From Octopus vulgaris (Eukaryota): a stretch of 64,000 nt of DNA. The stretch spans positions 16,492,001 to 16,556,000 of the forward strand of contig OX597830.1 of NCBI GenBank assembly GCA_951406725.2. Reading direction: 5' to 3'. Below the pieces are notes generated by a model. It was given only the letters and a program-made list of their open reading frames with translations, ran no database searches and was not told where the DNA came from. Below, one piece after another: positions 41,664-55,455 of the stretch; position 1 is the first letter of the stretch, and each line of letters opens with the position of its first letter. Both the position numbers and the translations under genes were made by a program.

Positions 41664-42079
41664 TGATTTGGAATGGAAATTATTTTGTATGTCAACAACC
41701 TAGTTCTCATAACTGAGCCAAAGTTTGAAACATGGAAACAGAACCTAGAATCAAATTAAAAGTAAACCAAGAAAACAAATGTTTTTATTAGTGAAAAAGA
41801 ATACAAAGCTTTACTATGAATAGGAAAGTAGCAAAGGTGTAAGCATGCATAGCCATGTAAACTAGGGGTGCCCAAGAGTGAACCACAGGCAGACTAACAA
41901 AGAGTGAGTAGTGAGTAGTTTGTAGTAAATATACATGAATAGTTATTAGTAGGAGCACCCATGAAATATATTCCTTGAAATGAAGTTGTTGATAGCTGCT
42001 GTTATCTAGGTGACCTAATTAGCAGTGGTTGTTGTAGTAGGTTTTCTGAAAGCACAGTAGCCAGGAAAAGAATAGGGTA

Positions 42080-42500
42080 GGAAATATTCAGTTGTTTACC
42101 TCTGCTGATAACAAAAAGATTCTATCTTCAGATGAAGGGCAGACTGTATGAGGTGGTGGAGCAATGCTCTCGATGTGTGATGTATTACGTGATAGCAAAG
42201 CAGGCACTGAGAGTGGAGGATGTACAAAGGATGGGAAGAGATAAGGCGAGCGTACTCTGCTGGAAGTATGATGCTAGTGCACATGAACAATGGGATGCGT
42301 ATGAGCTGAGAGAGAAAAATGAAAATAAGAGGAGTCAGATGCAATGTGCAAGACAGGAGACTGCATTGTCATGGACGTGATGCATAAGGAGGAAGACATT
42401 TGGGTAAAGAGGTCCTAAGTAATCCAAGCGGAAGAAATCCACAGAAAAGGGGAGCAAGAATGATATGAGGAGGAATGATAAAGGCTTATCTCAGGAGGCC
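42080..42500 (+). pseudogene. Decayed RTE LINE C-terminal fragment
   Basis: KGRLYE...ELREK...RRLHCHG remnants with frameshifts; similar remnant at ~18150-18510. Confidence 0.55.
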
Positions 42501-42857
42501 TGACCTCACAAAGGTCAGGCCTCCTGACCTTTGTGATGGGCAACAAGTGATGAAGATGCAGGGTATGGAGAAAACATAACCATCTCTTGCAAGCACGGAA
42601 AAATATAATATCAGGATGACAGTGGTGGTGGTGGTGGAGGAGCAATGCTCACAAAGTATGAAGTACAAAAACAAGTTTCTCTTTACTGTATCAATAGCTT
42701 TCATATATACACAACTTAAAAGGCTAATTAAGTGAATATATTTGATGTGTCATGTGAAAATTATCCACACTTTATTTATAAACCAAATAAATTATAATTG
42801 CTCTTAATTTTTACAAATTTCTGTTCTTCATTTAAAAGCCAACAAGTTGTGTGTGTA

Positions 42858-42862
<5 letters not shown>

Positions 42863-42938
<76 letters not shown>
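42863..42938. repeat. (GA)n microsatellite
   Basis: Direct read. Confidence 0.95.
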
Positions 42939-42942
<4 letters not shown>

Positions 42943-43191
42943 AACAATTAATTTTCTCAAATTTTTATAAAATAATGTTTTGAAAAGAAACCAAGAAATA
43001 ATAATAACCAAAATGGAATGCAAATGCAAGATGTCAAGTGAAACAGTGACATTGAATGGGCTCCCAACTTTGTATAGGAAAGACAATCTTCTAATATAAC
43101 TATCTTCCTGACTAATTCTATACATTTCAAAGCTGAGAAAACAAGTGTAACAATAAGCATGTTGCATGAAGGTCCTCCAACTTGCCTTTAA

Positions 43192-43411
43192 CCCTTTCGT
43201 TACCAACCCGGCTGAAACTGGCTCTGACTCTGAGTACAAATGCCTTGTTTTCATAAGTTTATAATTAAAATCTTCCATCAAACCTTAGTCACAATTTATA
43301 TTCTTAACACTAGCTGAATGATAACTAAGTTATTTTACTAAATTCTTTGTTATATTTAAAGTAATTGAAAGAAACACAGAGCTTCTCAAAATAAATACAG
43401 TAACGAAAGGG
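43192..43411. mobile_element. TTAA MITE family E
   Basis: TTAA-CCCTTTCGTTAC...GTAACGAAAGGG-TTAA; related pieces at ~32880-33053 and ~55456-55884. Confidence 0.88.
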
Positions 43412-43503
43412 TTAAGGGCAATAAATTAAAAGGAAATTGACTCAGACCCCAACAATCTGTCTAGCTCATGTCAACATGGAATGCAAGCATAAAAATGGTC
43501 TGT

Positions 43504-43543
<40 letters not shown>

Positions 43544-45043
43544 ATTTCTTTATTCACCATAAGGTTGAGAAAAAGAGGGGACAGACAAAACAAACGTTGG
43601 GGTCAGGGTATCGAATGAGCCGAAACGTATGAATAAACAAACAATTAAAATATATACAATTAGATGAGAATGAGTGATTAACAAAAAATGAAGCAGAGGA
43701 CGTAGCTGACCCCACAAACCACATACTCACACTGAAGACTTTGCTTTCCCCTTTTTTACATTCTCGTTTAAACATGTTCTTTCACTCGCAACATACTTGC
43801 TATATACTTCTATCTTTTACGAAACACACTTTGCGACAGGCATTTCTTCTCCAGCCTTATTTTCCATTTCATGTGGAAAATGAAAAAGTCGGTTAGCTCG
43901 AGACTGGAGATGAACATGCCTGTTGCAATTCCTTCCACTCTTGTCTTCCATACTACTTCTTTCGCCACAGCAACTACCGAGAGAAAACAGGCTTCATTAT
44001 TTTAATGTCCACTTTTCCATGCTTACATGGGTTGGACAGAATTTTGTTGAGGTGGATTTTCTACAGTTGGATGGTAATAGTTCTTCATGGCCAGACATGT
44101 CTTGCAAGATGGGAAACAAAACACACCATTTACACGATCAGGCATTCACAACTATCACACAATATTAAAGGAAAGAGACAGTGACACACACACACACAAC
44201 AGGTTTCTTTCAGTTTCCATCAACCAAATCTGTTCACAAGGCTTGAATTAGCCTGGGGGTATAGTAGAAAACACTTGCCCGATGTACTATGCACACAACA
44301 GGTTTCTACAGTTACTATGTACTAAATTCTATTCACAAGGTCCTTAGCTAAACCAAAGCTTCAGAAACAAACACCCAAGATACCATGAAGTAGGAGCAAA
44401 TCTGGAATCACTTGGTTACAAGGGTAACTTATTAACCAAACAACCATATTTTTACCCAACGCATTAATATTTACAGTTGTTAACCATATGTCTAGCAATT
44501 TCTCTCTTAACACCTTGACAAATAAACTAAGAAGTTATTTTTAAAGATTTAAACTTGGCAATGTATTATTTTGCAAATTTCGTCCAATATAGAAACAAAA
44601 TATTGATTATCAGGATATTATTCAGAAATGTGCAGGAAAGTATACACAGCCAGAATTATCATGTTATTTTATTAGCTCTATATCACAATCATTAATTATG
44701 CCATATAAATGGTTATTCAATTCTTCTAGATGTATATCTGAGCATTCCAGAGTCTTCATTTCACGCACATTCACGCTGTTAATTATTCTTGTACATATAA
44801 TAAAAGTTTCTCCTTGGTGTCAAATAAAATGGATGCCAGCTTGATGTATCTACCATTAATATTAGAGGTTTTGAATAAGAAAGATAGCTATTTTACTAAT
44901 AACACCTAGCATGGAATTAAAATTTAAGAATTAAATCATTATTGCAGTTCTATAAAAACCAAAGCAAATTTTATCAGAAAAACAAAATAATTATAATCAT
45001 TATTTACATTTTACGGATATTTGTCCTCATCTTGTTTGTTGTT

Positions 45044-45089
45044 AACACAACATTTCGGCTGATATACCCACCAGCCTTCATCAGGTGTC
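45044..45089 (-). ncRNA. Minimal hammerhead-ribozyme-like fold (family H1)
   Basis: GACAC-CUGAUGA-A-GGCUG(GUGGGUAUAU)CAGCC-GAAA-UGUU-GUGUU. Canonical core; stem I GACAC/GUGUU. Confidence 0.7.
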
Positions 45090-45314
45090 TTGGGGGAAAT
45101 TTTGAACCTGGGTTCTCATTCCTAAGGTATTTTTTCAATGTTATTATTATTATTATTATTAACCACTACGCCATATGCCCGTGAGCATATGGCATAGTGG
45201 TTAATAATAATACTAATCCCCAAGATTCTGAGTTCGATTCCAGGCAGTGACCAGAATAATAATAACATCAAAAAATACCTTAGGAATGAGAAACCAGGTT
45301 CAAAATTTCCCCAT

Positions 45315-45360
45315 GACACCTGATGAAGGCTGGTAGGTATATCAGCTGAAACGTAACAAC
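45315..45360 (+). ncRNA. Degenerate hammerhead-like motif (family H1, opposite arm)
   Basis: GACAC-CTGATGA-A-GGCTG...CAGCT-GAAAC-GTA. The 3' strand of stem I is deleted relative to the other arm. Confidence 0.55.
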
Positions 45361-47048
45361 AAACAAGAACAAATATCCGTCAAATGTAAATAATGTAAAT
45401 AATTCCTCATCTCTTAAATATAGAACTGAATTATAATCAGGTATGTTTTTATGTGACTAAATTTTTCAGTAAAATCTTAGCTACCCAGCAGAAAAGGTCA
45501 ATTAATGAGTGTTACATGACAAAGCAGTGAACAAACCTCTGCCCCATTACTTTAGTACATCATTGTCAGTTGGTAGAGAGAAATGAAAACACAAAAGAAA
45601 AAACATTGTTGAAAAAATATCAACATTTTATAGGCATAGCTGCTATATGGTTAAGAAGTTCAGTTTACAACCACATGGTTCTAGGTCCCAACCCACTGAC
45701 TGGCACCTTCTACTATAACTTTTGTGTTGATCAATGATTTGTGACTGGATTTGAGATTGTACTAAGGCTTATCAGAAACGTGAATTTGCATACACCATTA
45801 TAAATAGGTTTGTTGAGTACATCTGTTCATGTCAAATGATAAATTAGGTGTGTGATAAATACAGGCCGATGGGTGTGCTTGCATGCATGTGTATGCTTCC
45901 CCACCAAAAAAATAATGCTACATGAGACAGACCACCTGTCCCAGCCTCTTTTAGCTGCTCCAGGCTGTAGCAGAAGGAGGGCAATGGACAATTAAGCAGA
46001 ACCCACACCATGCTCAGTACTTATTAACCAAAAAAATAATAAATAAATAAATAAATAAAGAGCAAAAGGAACACCCAACAGGTGTGAAAACAAAAATTTT
46101 TTAAAAAACCAGTAATCTACAGTACTCTACCATTTTAGGGGAAACTTCATTAATAAAAGGCAAATATTAAAGGGAAGCTCTAACTAGTCCTTAGTTACCT
46201 AGAAATACTCCTTAACTGCAATATCAGATAAGATGGTTCACTGTTCTCTTTGTACAGCAAAAATTATTGATTACCTTAAACAAATTATTACTAATACAAT
46301 CAGTTATTGATTGGAAATAACCCTTTCAAAATTATACAAAGATTGCAAGTAAATACAGACTTAAACCAATTATGCTTGTTTTGTTTTGTTTTTCTATCAA
46401 CCAACAGAATTCAATTTGCTATCACACACAACTTGTTATAAACACTTTAATTAATACAACACACACACACACACACACACACACAGTAGTTTTGTTTTCT
46501 TTTTGAAAGGCGGAGGCAGATCAACACTGAAGACATTTCAGAAACTGCAGCTAATACAATACTTGGGTGAACACACAAGTATTATATTTACTATATAACC
46601 AGGATGGCGAGGAAGTTACAAGAGGAAAACCTATATAACTAGTTGTGTCATGCTCTTACAATAAGTACAATGAGATTTACAGAATGAAAACTGTATAGTT
46701 TACTCTATTATTTGTTTTTTGTTGTTGTTTTGTTATAAAAGTTCACAATAAAACACACATCAAAGCTTATCTAGCGAAGCAAAATAGAACTGATTCAGGG
46801 CTGTTAGGATAATTTTACATTTCAGTGCTGTGAAGCAAATGATTTGAGAAAGAAAGTCAAACTAAACGGTGTCCATTTCAGCTTTATAAAAAGGTTACAC
46901 AACGAGGACTTACTGAAGAAATAGTAAAAGAACGGTAAAGACAACAATCAAAAGATACCTGATGATGAATATTCTAAACTTATTATTGTTATTTTTAAAC
47001 TCATTAAGATGTTTTAAGCCACTACTTACATATGTAGTCAGAAAGGTC

Positions 47049-47451
47049 GGATCTTTTCGGTTTGAACGGCAGTTTTTAACATAATTTCTAGGTAAATAAA
47101 AACTTTTAAACTTCGTATACTGCGAGAATGTGTTTATAAAACATCTTTTTCTCTTGGCTTTATTGAGAAAATTCTATAGTTTGTAAGATATTTGCTGTTT
47201 TTTTCTTCAATTTCTGCAATTTCAACCAATCAGTGACGTCTATTGAGGTAAAAAGCATTCTGTGCCGTATGAATATGTCTCTCGTTTAAGAAACAGATTG
47301 GGTTTATTTACATTTGTGAAGAAAAAAAGATACCCTTCCCCTAACCCTAAAAGAGATTGAAATGCAATAGATCGATTCTAGGGTCATAATTATGGGTGAC
47401 AATTTCATACGACACCGCTAGAAAAAACTGCCGTTCAAACCGAAAAGATCC
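47049..47451. mobile_element. Non-autonomous DNA transposon, 29-bp perfect TIR, 8-bp TSD
   Basis: TIR GGATCTTTTCGGTTTGAACGGCAGTTTTT; TSD GAAAGGTC at 47041-47048 and 47452-47459. Confidence 0.9.
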
Positions 47452-49254
47452 GAAAGGTCTTTAGTTTGGTTAACTTTCTAATATATAAATACACACTGGC
47501 ACGTGAAGAAGCATTCGAACGAGGTCGTTGCCAGTGCCACTGGACTGGCTCCTGTGCAGGTGGCACATAAAAAGCACCATTTGAGCGTGGCCATTGCCAG
47601 TACCGCCTGACTGGCCCTCGTGCCGGTAGCACGTAAAAGCACCCACTACACTCTTGGAGTGGTTGGCGTTAGGAAGGGCATCCAGCCGTAGAAACTCTGC
47701 CAGATCAGATTGGAGCCTGGTGCAGCCATCTGGTTCGCCAAACCTCAGTCAAATCATCCAACCCATGCTAGCATGGAAAGCGGACGTTAAACGATGATGA
47801 TGATGACACTCTGTCCAGACACTCCCAACTTGCTCATCTCTCCCTTTCATGTCCCTCATATTTTGTTCACCATCCACATCAAGCCCCACACTAAATCATT
47901 TCCCCCTATCTTTCTGGTATTTCTTGCCTGGAGGGTTGACACTGCAGAAAAGAAGGCCTGAAAAAAAAATGCCCATATTTTTACTGTCAACTTACAACTG
48001 TTTAGAGAAACATTAACTGTGTCAGTCTCTCATTTACTTCAGAGGGTTCATGATGTGGCCATGGCAACAGCACTTTACTTCAGAATAAACCAGTAAAAAT
48101 TTAAGAATTCGAAGCGCAATAGCAGTAGGTAGGAAAGGAGCATTGCCAATTATTCATTTATGAAGGCCTGCACAGTTAGTTTCCAGTGGGAACCCAGAAT
48201 AAAATCTTATTCAGTGATCAATTTTCTTAAAAGGTATTAATTGCATTGTGTCTAGACAAGTGCTTAATTCTAATTTTAAATGACTACCACTGATGCTACC
48301 ACTACTACTATTACTACCATAACCATTCTGTTCTGACTTCTTTGTGTCATTTTATTTCAATTTGGATTATACACAGCAAAAACAAAAACCCCAGAAGACT
48401 CACCATAATGTATTAACATGACAAGGAAACCTGACATTATTCAATAGGTTTAACTTCCATCTACTCAAAATACTTATAAAATTCAATATTGCTGAAATCC
48501 ATAAATATAATAAAATAAAATTTAAGAAATAGTTACTATGACTACACATCAATATTTAAATTCTAAACAGTATAACCACTCTTAAGATTGAACTTCAAGC
48601 TAACAAAACAAAGATATCTATGGCAAGGAAAAAGTGTGAAACATTGATTAAAAAAAAATTTCTTTCATGCAAATACTTCAATAATCTATTGAGAAGACTT
48701 AATAGAGAAAAATGCTGAGTTTGAAATATGAAAATGGAGTCTTTACATACAGCTTTATTTCCCTTCTTGGTGAGAATTATATTAGAATACATAAAAGTGA
48801 TGATAATGATGAAAATCCATAACGTGGCCTGAAATACCATCGTCTTTAAACTGAACTGAACACTAACAAAACCAACTGCCCTCAGCCCACATAAGGGTTT
48901 TTTTTACTACTTCATTGTAACCTATTACTGATGTTTGGGAGTTTTGATGCCAACAGTTTGGAAATATCACAGACCTACTTACACATATAGGCAATAATAT
49001 AGTGCAAGACCTGATACCAAGGAAACAACCAGAGAAGTGAATCATACTAAGTCATGCCACAATCTCAAACACTTGTATCAATCATTTTTAACATCACAAA
49101 ACGGACTGTTACACAGAGCTCACATTGATTATTGGCTCATGTCTTCTATGAACATCCTTCAAATTCAGTTTGATCTAGCTTAAACAGTTGAAAGTAGATG
49201 TGGTAGTTGTTTAGGCCTTGAAGAATCAGCTAAGTCAAATTCAAGTACACACGC

Positions 49255-49650
49255 CTCATCATATGGACGTTATCAAAGAAGCTTGAGAGGCGGTTGGATG
49301 GAACCTACACTCGCCTCCTTATGAGAGCTCAAAATCTCTCGTGGAAGCGTCATCCAACCAAAATGCAAATATATGGGAAACTACCACCTGTGTCATCTCT
49401 TGTGAAAGGTAGGAGAGTCCAGTTTGCTGGACGCTGTTGTAGAGCTGAAAACGAGGTAATTTCTACTCTTCTCCTCTGGAAGCCATCTATTCACGATACC
49501 AGAAGGTGCACACTCTCCTACCCTGATGTAATCTCCAGGGATACAGGCATCCAGCAACAGGACCTCCGTAATGCTATGATGGACCGTGAAGTCTGGCGTA
49601 GCATGGTAAATTCCATTGTCTCGACCACGGTCGAACAATGATGATGATGA
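49255..49650 (+). mobile_element. 5'-truncated RTE-clade LINE 3' end
   Basis: ORF 49294-49641 (RRVQFAG...LLLWKP...DREVWR) followed directly by a (TGA)n tail. Confidence 0.8.
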
Positions 49651-49763
49651 CATTTATTATAGTAAATGAATAATAAATGTGTAAACTGGGGAGAAGTACA
49701 GGGTTTCCTACCACAGATGCTGTAAGAGTAAAGCAGATGATGATGATTAATTTTAACCCATAA

Positions 49764-51693
49764 CCCTTTAGTGTTCAGACCGGCCATAACTGGCTGAAAA
49801 TTATTCCCCTTTATTTGTTTGAACTGGCTAAATCTGGCCATATCTGATTTCTCTACAAAAATACTAAAAAAAAATAAACAAATCACATTACTGAATTCTC
49901 GTAGCTTTGAGATAATACAAGATAAAGCCTTTCCCGCCTTTATTCAAGTAAAAATACAGTGAAATTTTGGAGACTTCTTGGTTTTTCCAATGTTTGAAGA
50001 GAAGTGTATATCTTAGTTTTTAACGATATGGCGTCAGCAATAGCGATTCCGACTTCAAAGATTTTACTTTTGATGATGTACAAAATATAAATGAAAAACA
50101 AGTGATTTGTCTTCGGACGAATCATATTGACATTTATGAATCTTCATCGGACGAGGAAGATTTTGATAATGAAAGTGATAAAAATGAAAATGATATAGAA
50201 AACATGGCAACATGGTTGAAGATTACTACATCAACCAGAATCCCCGATTTCACAGAAAAAGACTAGTCTACAATACAGTCTACCTCTCAATGCTCAACTA
50301 CTGGACAATTTATTTTTATTTTTACCATAAAGTATTTTTTGAAACTGTTGCGGAGGAAACAAATGCAAAAAACATAATTTCTATTCGTGGGAGACCCGAT
50401 CCACTATGGCAGCCAACTGATGCTGTGGAAATGTGAGCTTTCTTTTACTATAAACTTTGTTTGGATTCAAGCAGCTTCCTCAACTGTGGAACTACTAGAA
50501 TCCTGATATAAGGTGTGGTGATCCATATAACTTCAGCATTTTTGCCTTTCATCCTTTCAGGGTCAATAAATTAAGTACCTGTTGTATACTGGGGTTGATC
50601 TAATTGACCAGCCCCACCTCCCCAAAACGCTTGGGCCTTGTGTCAAGAGTAGAAAAGATTGTCTAACTATAGTTAATTCATATATTGTTTATGTAAAAAG
50701 CCACTAGGTGCCTCCACCACCAAAGACTACGACCACTTGAAATTTTGGGTTGACATCACATCTCAGTTACGTGAGGGCTTTTCTTCCAGAAAGCACAGAA
50801 CTGGGAGAAAAGCAAAATTAACTGAGGTGGATGTCAACAGAGAAAATATTGACTTCCATAAATTGGAAAAAATAAATGGAAGGAAAAAGTTTGCAGACTG
50901 TGTTCCCTGCAAAAAAAAAACTGTGAAAGGATATCAGGTCGAGACCTCATATATTTGTTAGTTTTGCAAAGTGCCCTTGTGTAAAAGGGTTCTTTGGATA
51001 GTTTCATGATAGAAATATGGCATAACTATATTTTGTTGTTTGATAGTAATACTATTATATATTCCTTTCATTTCATTACAAATAATATGTGAAAATGAGA
51101 AATACATATTAATTTTCAGCATGTTACACAACTGTATTCACCTTTGCCTTACCTGTTAATGAGCTTTTTTGATTAGAGGTATTCTGTTATGTAAATGTAT
51201 GGTATATTGAATGGTAAAAGAGTTTTGTACTTTATTTTCAATAAAAAAAAGTTTGAATGAAGTATAGAGAAAGAATAAAATCTTGTACTGATTATATAGG
51301 TATTTTAATGAATTCAAATTAATGTACCTCATCTTGAAAAGTGGTAAAATTGTAAGTGGTTGACATCTGGGATAATTTTAGTAACAAATCAAACAGGTAA
51401 GATGCATTAAGAATTTCAATTTTAGTCTTTATCCATAATGTTATTGCTTTTACACCTGTTAATTAAATTTACCTGCCCATAAAAGTCAAATTTAATTAGC
51501 AAGATCAGCTAAAATTACATAGCCATAATCCACTGGTATATAAGCACCCACTGACAAAATTTCAAATCTGTATGTAAAAAATTAACAAAGTTTATTAACA
51601 AACATTGTAGACACCCCTCTTGATCCTGGATAATTCAAAATATCATGAACAAATAAGTATTACGTTTGACAGATTAATCTGAACACTAAAAGG
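49764..51693 (+). mobile_element. Decayed piggyBac-family element whose ends match MITE family D
   Basis: Termini CCCTTTAGTGTTC...GAACACTAAAAGG followed by TTAA. Acidic N-terminal remnant, FFETVAEETN...WQPTDAVEM*AF, and Cys-rich tail CVPC...SYIC*FCKVPLC. Confidence 0.8.
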
Positions 51694-51967
51694 TTAACGT
51701 CCCTTACCATAAGTAACTGCAACTGACACCAAGTCTTGAATTGCATGTAAGCACTTTCCAAGAAGTGTCATTAGCTGGGGCTAAAAAATTGGAACTAAGT
51801 GCTCTTCTGTGCAAGAAACAAAGTTTAACCTAATTTTAAAATAATGACCCATTTACATTAAACCTATTTATTTTCTCAGTTTATCAAGTGTATTTTTTCA
51901 TATTCTCCATTGCAACAGATAACTTAAGCAGTGAGTTAGATATCAGTTATATTTATTTATTTATTAA

Positions 51968-52227
51968 CTAGCACTATGACCCTGCTAGCATTCAATTGGT
52001 GTATCAAGTTTTGGACAATTTGATTGGGTTTTGGATAGAAAATTCAGAAAAAAGTTACTTCTATTGATTTTTTAATGGCTTTGCGGGGTGACTGGGGAAA
52101 TGTAAAGATGTGCACGACCACCCTTGGACGGTTTTGAATGACCATAGAAAGTGCGAGCCCTCTAACTGAAAAATTGTGGATTTGTATAAAGGACACACAG
52201 AGACATTTTGCCATTTATATATAGAGA
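51968..52227 (-). mobile_element. Helitron-like element, internally deleted
   Basis: Same termini and body as 11735-12107. Confidence 0.72.
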
Positions 52228-54656
52228 TGATATATCTATAATTATTTATTAATGATTTAATTAGAGAAGGAGAGTTTAGGCTTGGATAAAATAATGAGAA
52301 TGATATTTCAATGTCGTCTATTACACATCAGTGATCTAAGTGATTCTGACTGGAATTTATGCCAAGTCATTGATTCTGAGCAGGAGTGAAGTGATCACAC
52401 AGCTGATCATTGCATCAATACTTCCATGAGGCTCACAAAATTTTTGAGCTTAATATTTTCTTTACCTTTTTTCCTGAAGAAATTTTTGTCAGAAGGAAAT
52501 GAAATTGAATGTCAAGTTGTGTAACTTCCAAGTTACAGAGACTATTGGAATACAAATTCATCTCTTAAAACAGAAAATTTACGCCCAGGAATCAATATTT
52601 TGAAACATCTAGGAAAACATTTACATGTAGTCAACTTATTTTATAGTCAACCCATCAGGCCAGGTGACAGTGACATGACAACAGGTAAAAACCAATTTCA
52701 CAATGTATACCAACAATCATTACATCCTATAATCAAATTTCCTCCAAATTCATGCAATAGTTATATTTTTATGATTTTTTTTTTTTCTTTTGCAGACTAA
52801 GTACATACCATCAAAATATCTGGTTACTAACAGGACTGGAAGAAAGTAGTACTGGAACTTCAGTTGTTGTCAGTTTGAAACAAGTTTAGTTTGTTAATCC
52901 TCTAATATATATATAAGACACCCGTGCCGATGACATGTAAAATGCACCGTCCGAACGCAGCAGATACTAGCGTCGCCTTACTGGCGTCCGTGTTGGTGAC
53001 ACGTAAAAGCACCAACCAATCATGGCCACTGCGCCGGTGGCACGTAAAAAACACCCACTCACGGAGTGGTTGGTTGGCATTAGGAAGGGCATCCAGTTGT
53101 AGAAACACTACCAAATCAGAGAGAGCCTGGTGCAGCCTCCAGTCGAACCGTCCAACCCATGCTAGCATGGAAAATGGACGTTAAATGATGATGATATATA
53201 TATACATTCTGAACTCATACTCATCTCTTCTCATCTTTCATGTTGTATCTACAATCCTCATAAGAAGGGCACACGATTCCTTTTGTCCTGTCTTTCTTTC
53301 CTAGAATGTCAGCTCTGTGCGATCCCCTCTCTACCCTTTGGTGACTTATTTATTTAGCTCAGATAGAAATGGAGTGTCAGGGTGAGGTCAATGATACTGA
53401 TCTCAGTACACACGCAACAGGACATGGTAGATTTTGCCTTGGCACAAATTGAAACCAAAACCATGCAATGACAACTGAAAGCCACTGGAATTGAGCCTAA
53501 ATCATTTGAAACACAAGCCCAAGACTGTGCCAAGTGGCAGTGTCTTTTCACCATCAGAACCAAAAAAGCCACAAAAGAGAAAAAGGAAGAAATCAAGTGA
53601 CAGGAGAGAAAGGCTCAACAAAATCAGCTTCATTCTCCACCAACATTACCATGCAGTCAATGCCATCGACCCTTCAATGCAAGAATTGATCCTACAGAGT
53701 CATTGATGCCATCACTATAAAGGTGAGTGTTCAGCAAAGAAGAAACTAAAACTCTCAGATAAGAGATTAACCTGACACAGACAATAATGCCAACATTTAC
53801 TCGTACACAACGAATACATCAGATCAGGCTCTTTTCTATCTGTAAAGTTCCTGCTATCTCCTAGCAATGATGATGACAACGATGTAGATGATGATGATGC
53901 AACTGGCAATAACATCTACCAACTATATTGCGGTAACGATGTAATATGACCGTTGCGATGTTTATAATATTGCTGACTGAAAAGATAATACAATTAAATC
54001 CAGCTACAGAGATAGTGCTTTTGTTTAACCCTGAGGTCAATTCTGATTCAGTAGACAGACAAGCAGAACATTATGGCCATGACCATCCAATCTTATTTCC
54101 TCACAATATATTTATACGCACATATACGCAGCGCTATGCGTGTGGCAAGTTTTCTACGGCCGGATGCCCTTCCTGACGCCAACCCCCACCTGTTGCCAAG
54201 CAAGGTGATTATGCAAATTATATCCTTCCTTTTCCCTTTTTCTTTTAAAGATACTAAATACAATGTTGCTTAAAGGAAGTTAGACTGCTTTTACTAGCAG
54301 GTTGAACAACCACATAGAGACTATATATTTGTGCCACTAGTTAGAGAACAATTATTCAGTAGATTTTACTCCGAGTCTAACAAGTAAGCTGTTACTCCAC
54401 AAAATGTAATAATGGAACTGGCCTATGTCAGAACACAGGCTAACAAAGAACCTTCTATGTGATTGCCCAGTTTGCTAGAAACAACAACCAAATCCCTGAC
54501 CATCATAACAAAAACAACAGTTTATACATGGTCCGAAGACTTTTGACTATGGTCTATGCCAGTCGTAGGTAACCAGTGGTCTCAGGGACTTCCTGCTCAG
54601 CATGCTTAAAGAAAAAATTCTTGAATTTTTTTAGTAGTGCAGCACACCTGATGATG

Positions 54657-54936
54657 AGTGGAGACACCTTGACTAGTGGTTAGAGCAGCGGACTCGCGGT
54701 CAAGGGATCGCGGGTTCGAATCTCAGACCGGGCAATGTATGTGTTTATGAGTGAAAACACCTAAGCTCCACGCGGCTCCGGCAGAAGGTAATGGCGAACT
54801 TCTTGCTGACTCTTTCACCACAACTTTCTCTCACTCTTTCCTCCTGCGTCCCGTCCAGGTGGGGAACCTATACGCCAAGAAACCGGGAAACCGGCCCTTA
54901 TGAGCCAGGCATGGCTCAAAAAGGAACAAACAACAA
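54657..54936 (+). mobile_element. SINE G variant with tail type 3
   Basis: Related head; tail GAAACCGGGAAACCGG shared with the SINE at 25500-25740; flanked by ACCTGATGATGAG direct repeats. Confidence 0.75.
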
Positions 54937-55096
54937 TACCTGATGATGAGCAATGTCTCATGCAGCCAGCTTCTTGGAAAAGGTTGTCCATGCCTAATAA
55001 GACTAGGATAAGACTTGGAGCAAAACATCAGCAACACAGAAGAGACTACATAATCATTTATATCAAGAGTAATTAAAAGGTATATCATCTACTTGA

Positions 55097-55350
55097 TACC
55101 ATAAATCCTCAAGTATAATCCGCACTTTTTTCCCAAAATTTAAAGGTCGAAACCCCTAGTGCATACTATATACGAGGTTAAAAATTTAAAATATTTTCTA
55201 AGCAATGTCTGAGTCTCTATTTGCTGTCTGGCAATGTTTATTCAGACGCATTTTGTGATGTCAGGTGCGAAAATACCTTAAGCTAAGCCTGAAAGCAATG
55301 AAGTCATAAAAGAATCATCCATAACTTGCAGTAAGCTACATTTATTAAAA
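55097..55350. mobile_element. pogo/Tigger-like transposon end fragment
   Basis: TA-CCATAAATCCTCAAGTATAATCCGCAC resembles pogo-type TIRs; the other end was not found. Confidence 0.4.
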
Positions 55351-55455
55351 TAAAAGTGTGTCTACGTTCCCGTAACTTAGCGGTTCAGCAAAAGAGACCG
55401 ATACAATAAGTACTAGGCTTACAAAGAATAAGTCCTGGGGTCGATTTGTTCGACT

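Larger units (their letters stand above)
45000..45428. mobile_element. Inverted dimer of tRNA-headed, hammerhead-bearing element (family H1)
   Basis: Arms ~45000-45180 and ~45182-45428 are reverse complements. A-box TGGCATAGTGG and B-box GAGTTCGATTCC near the centre. Direct repeat AATTATAATCA at 44989-44999 and 45429-45439. Confidence 0.75.
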
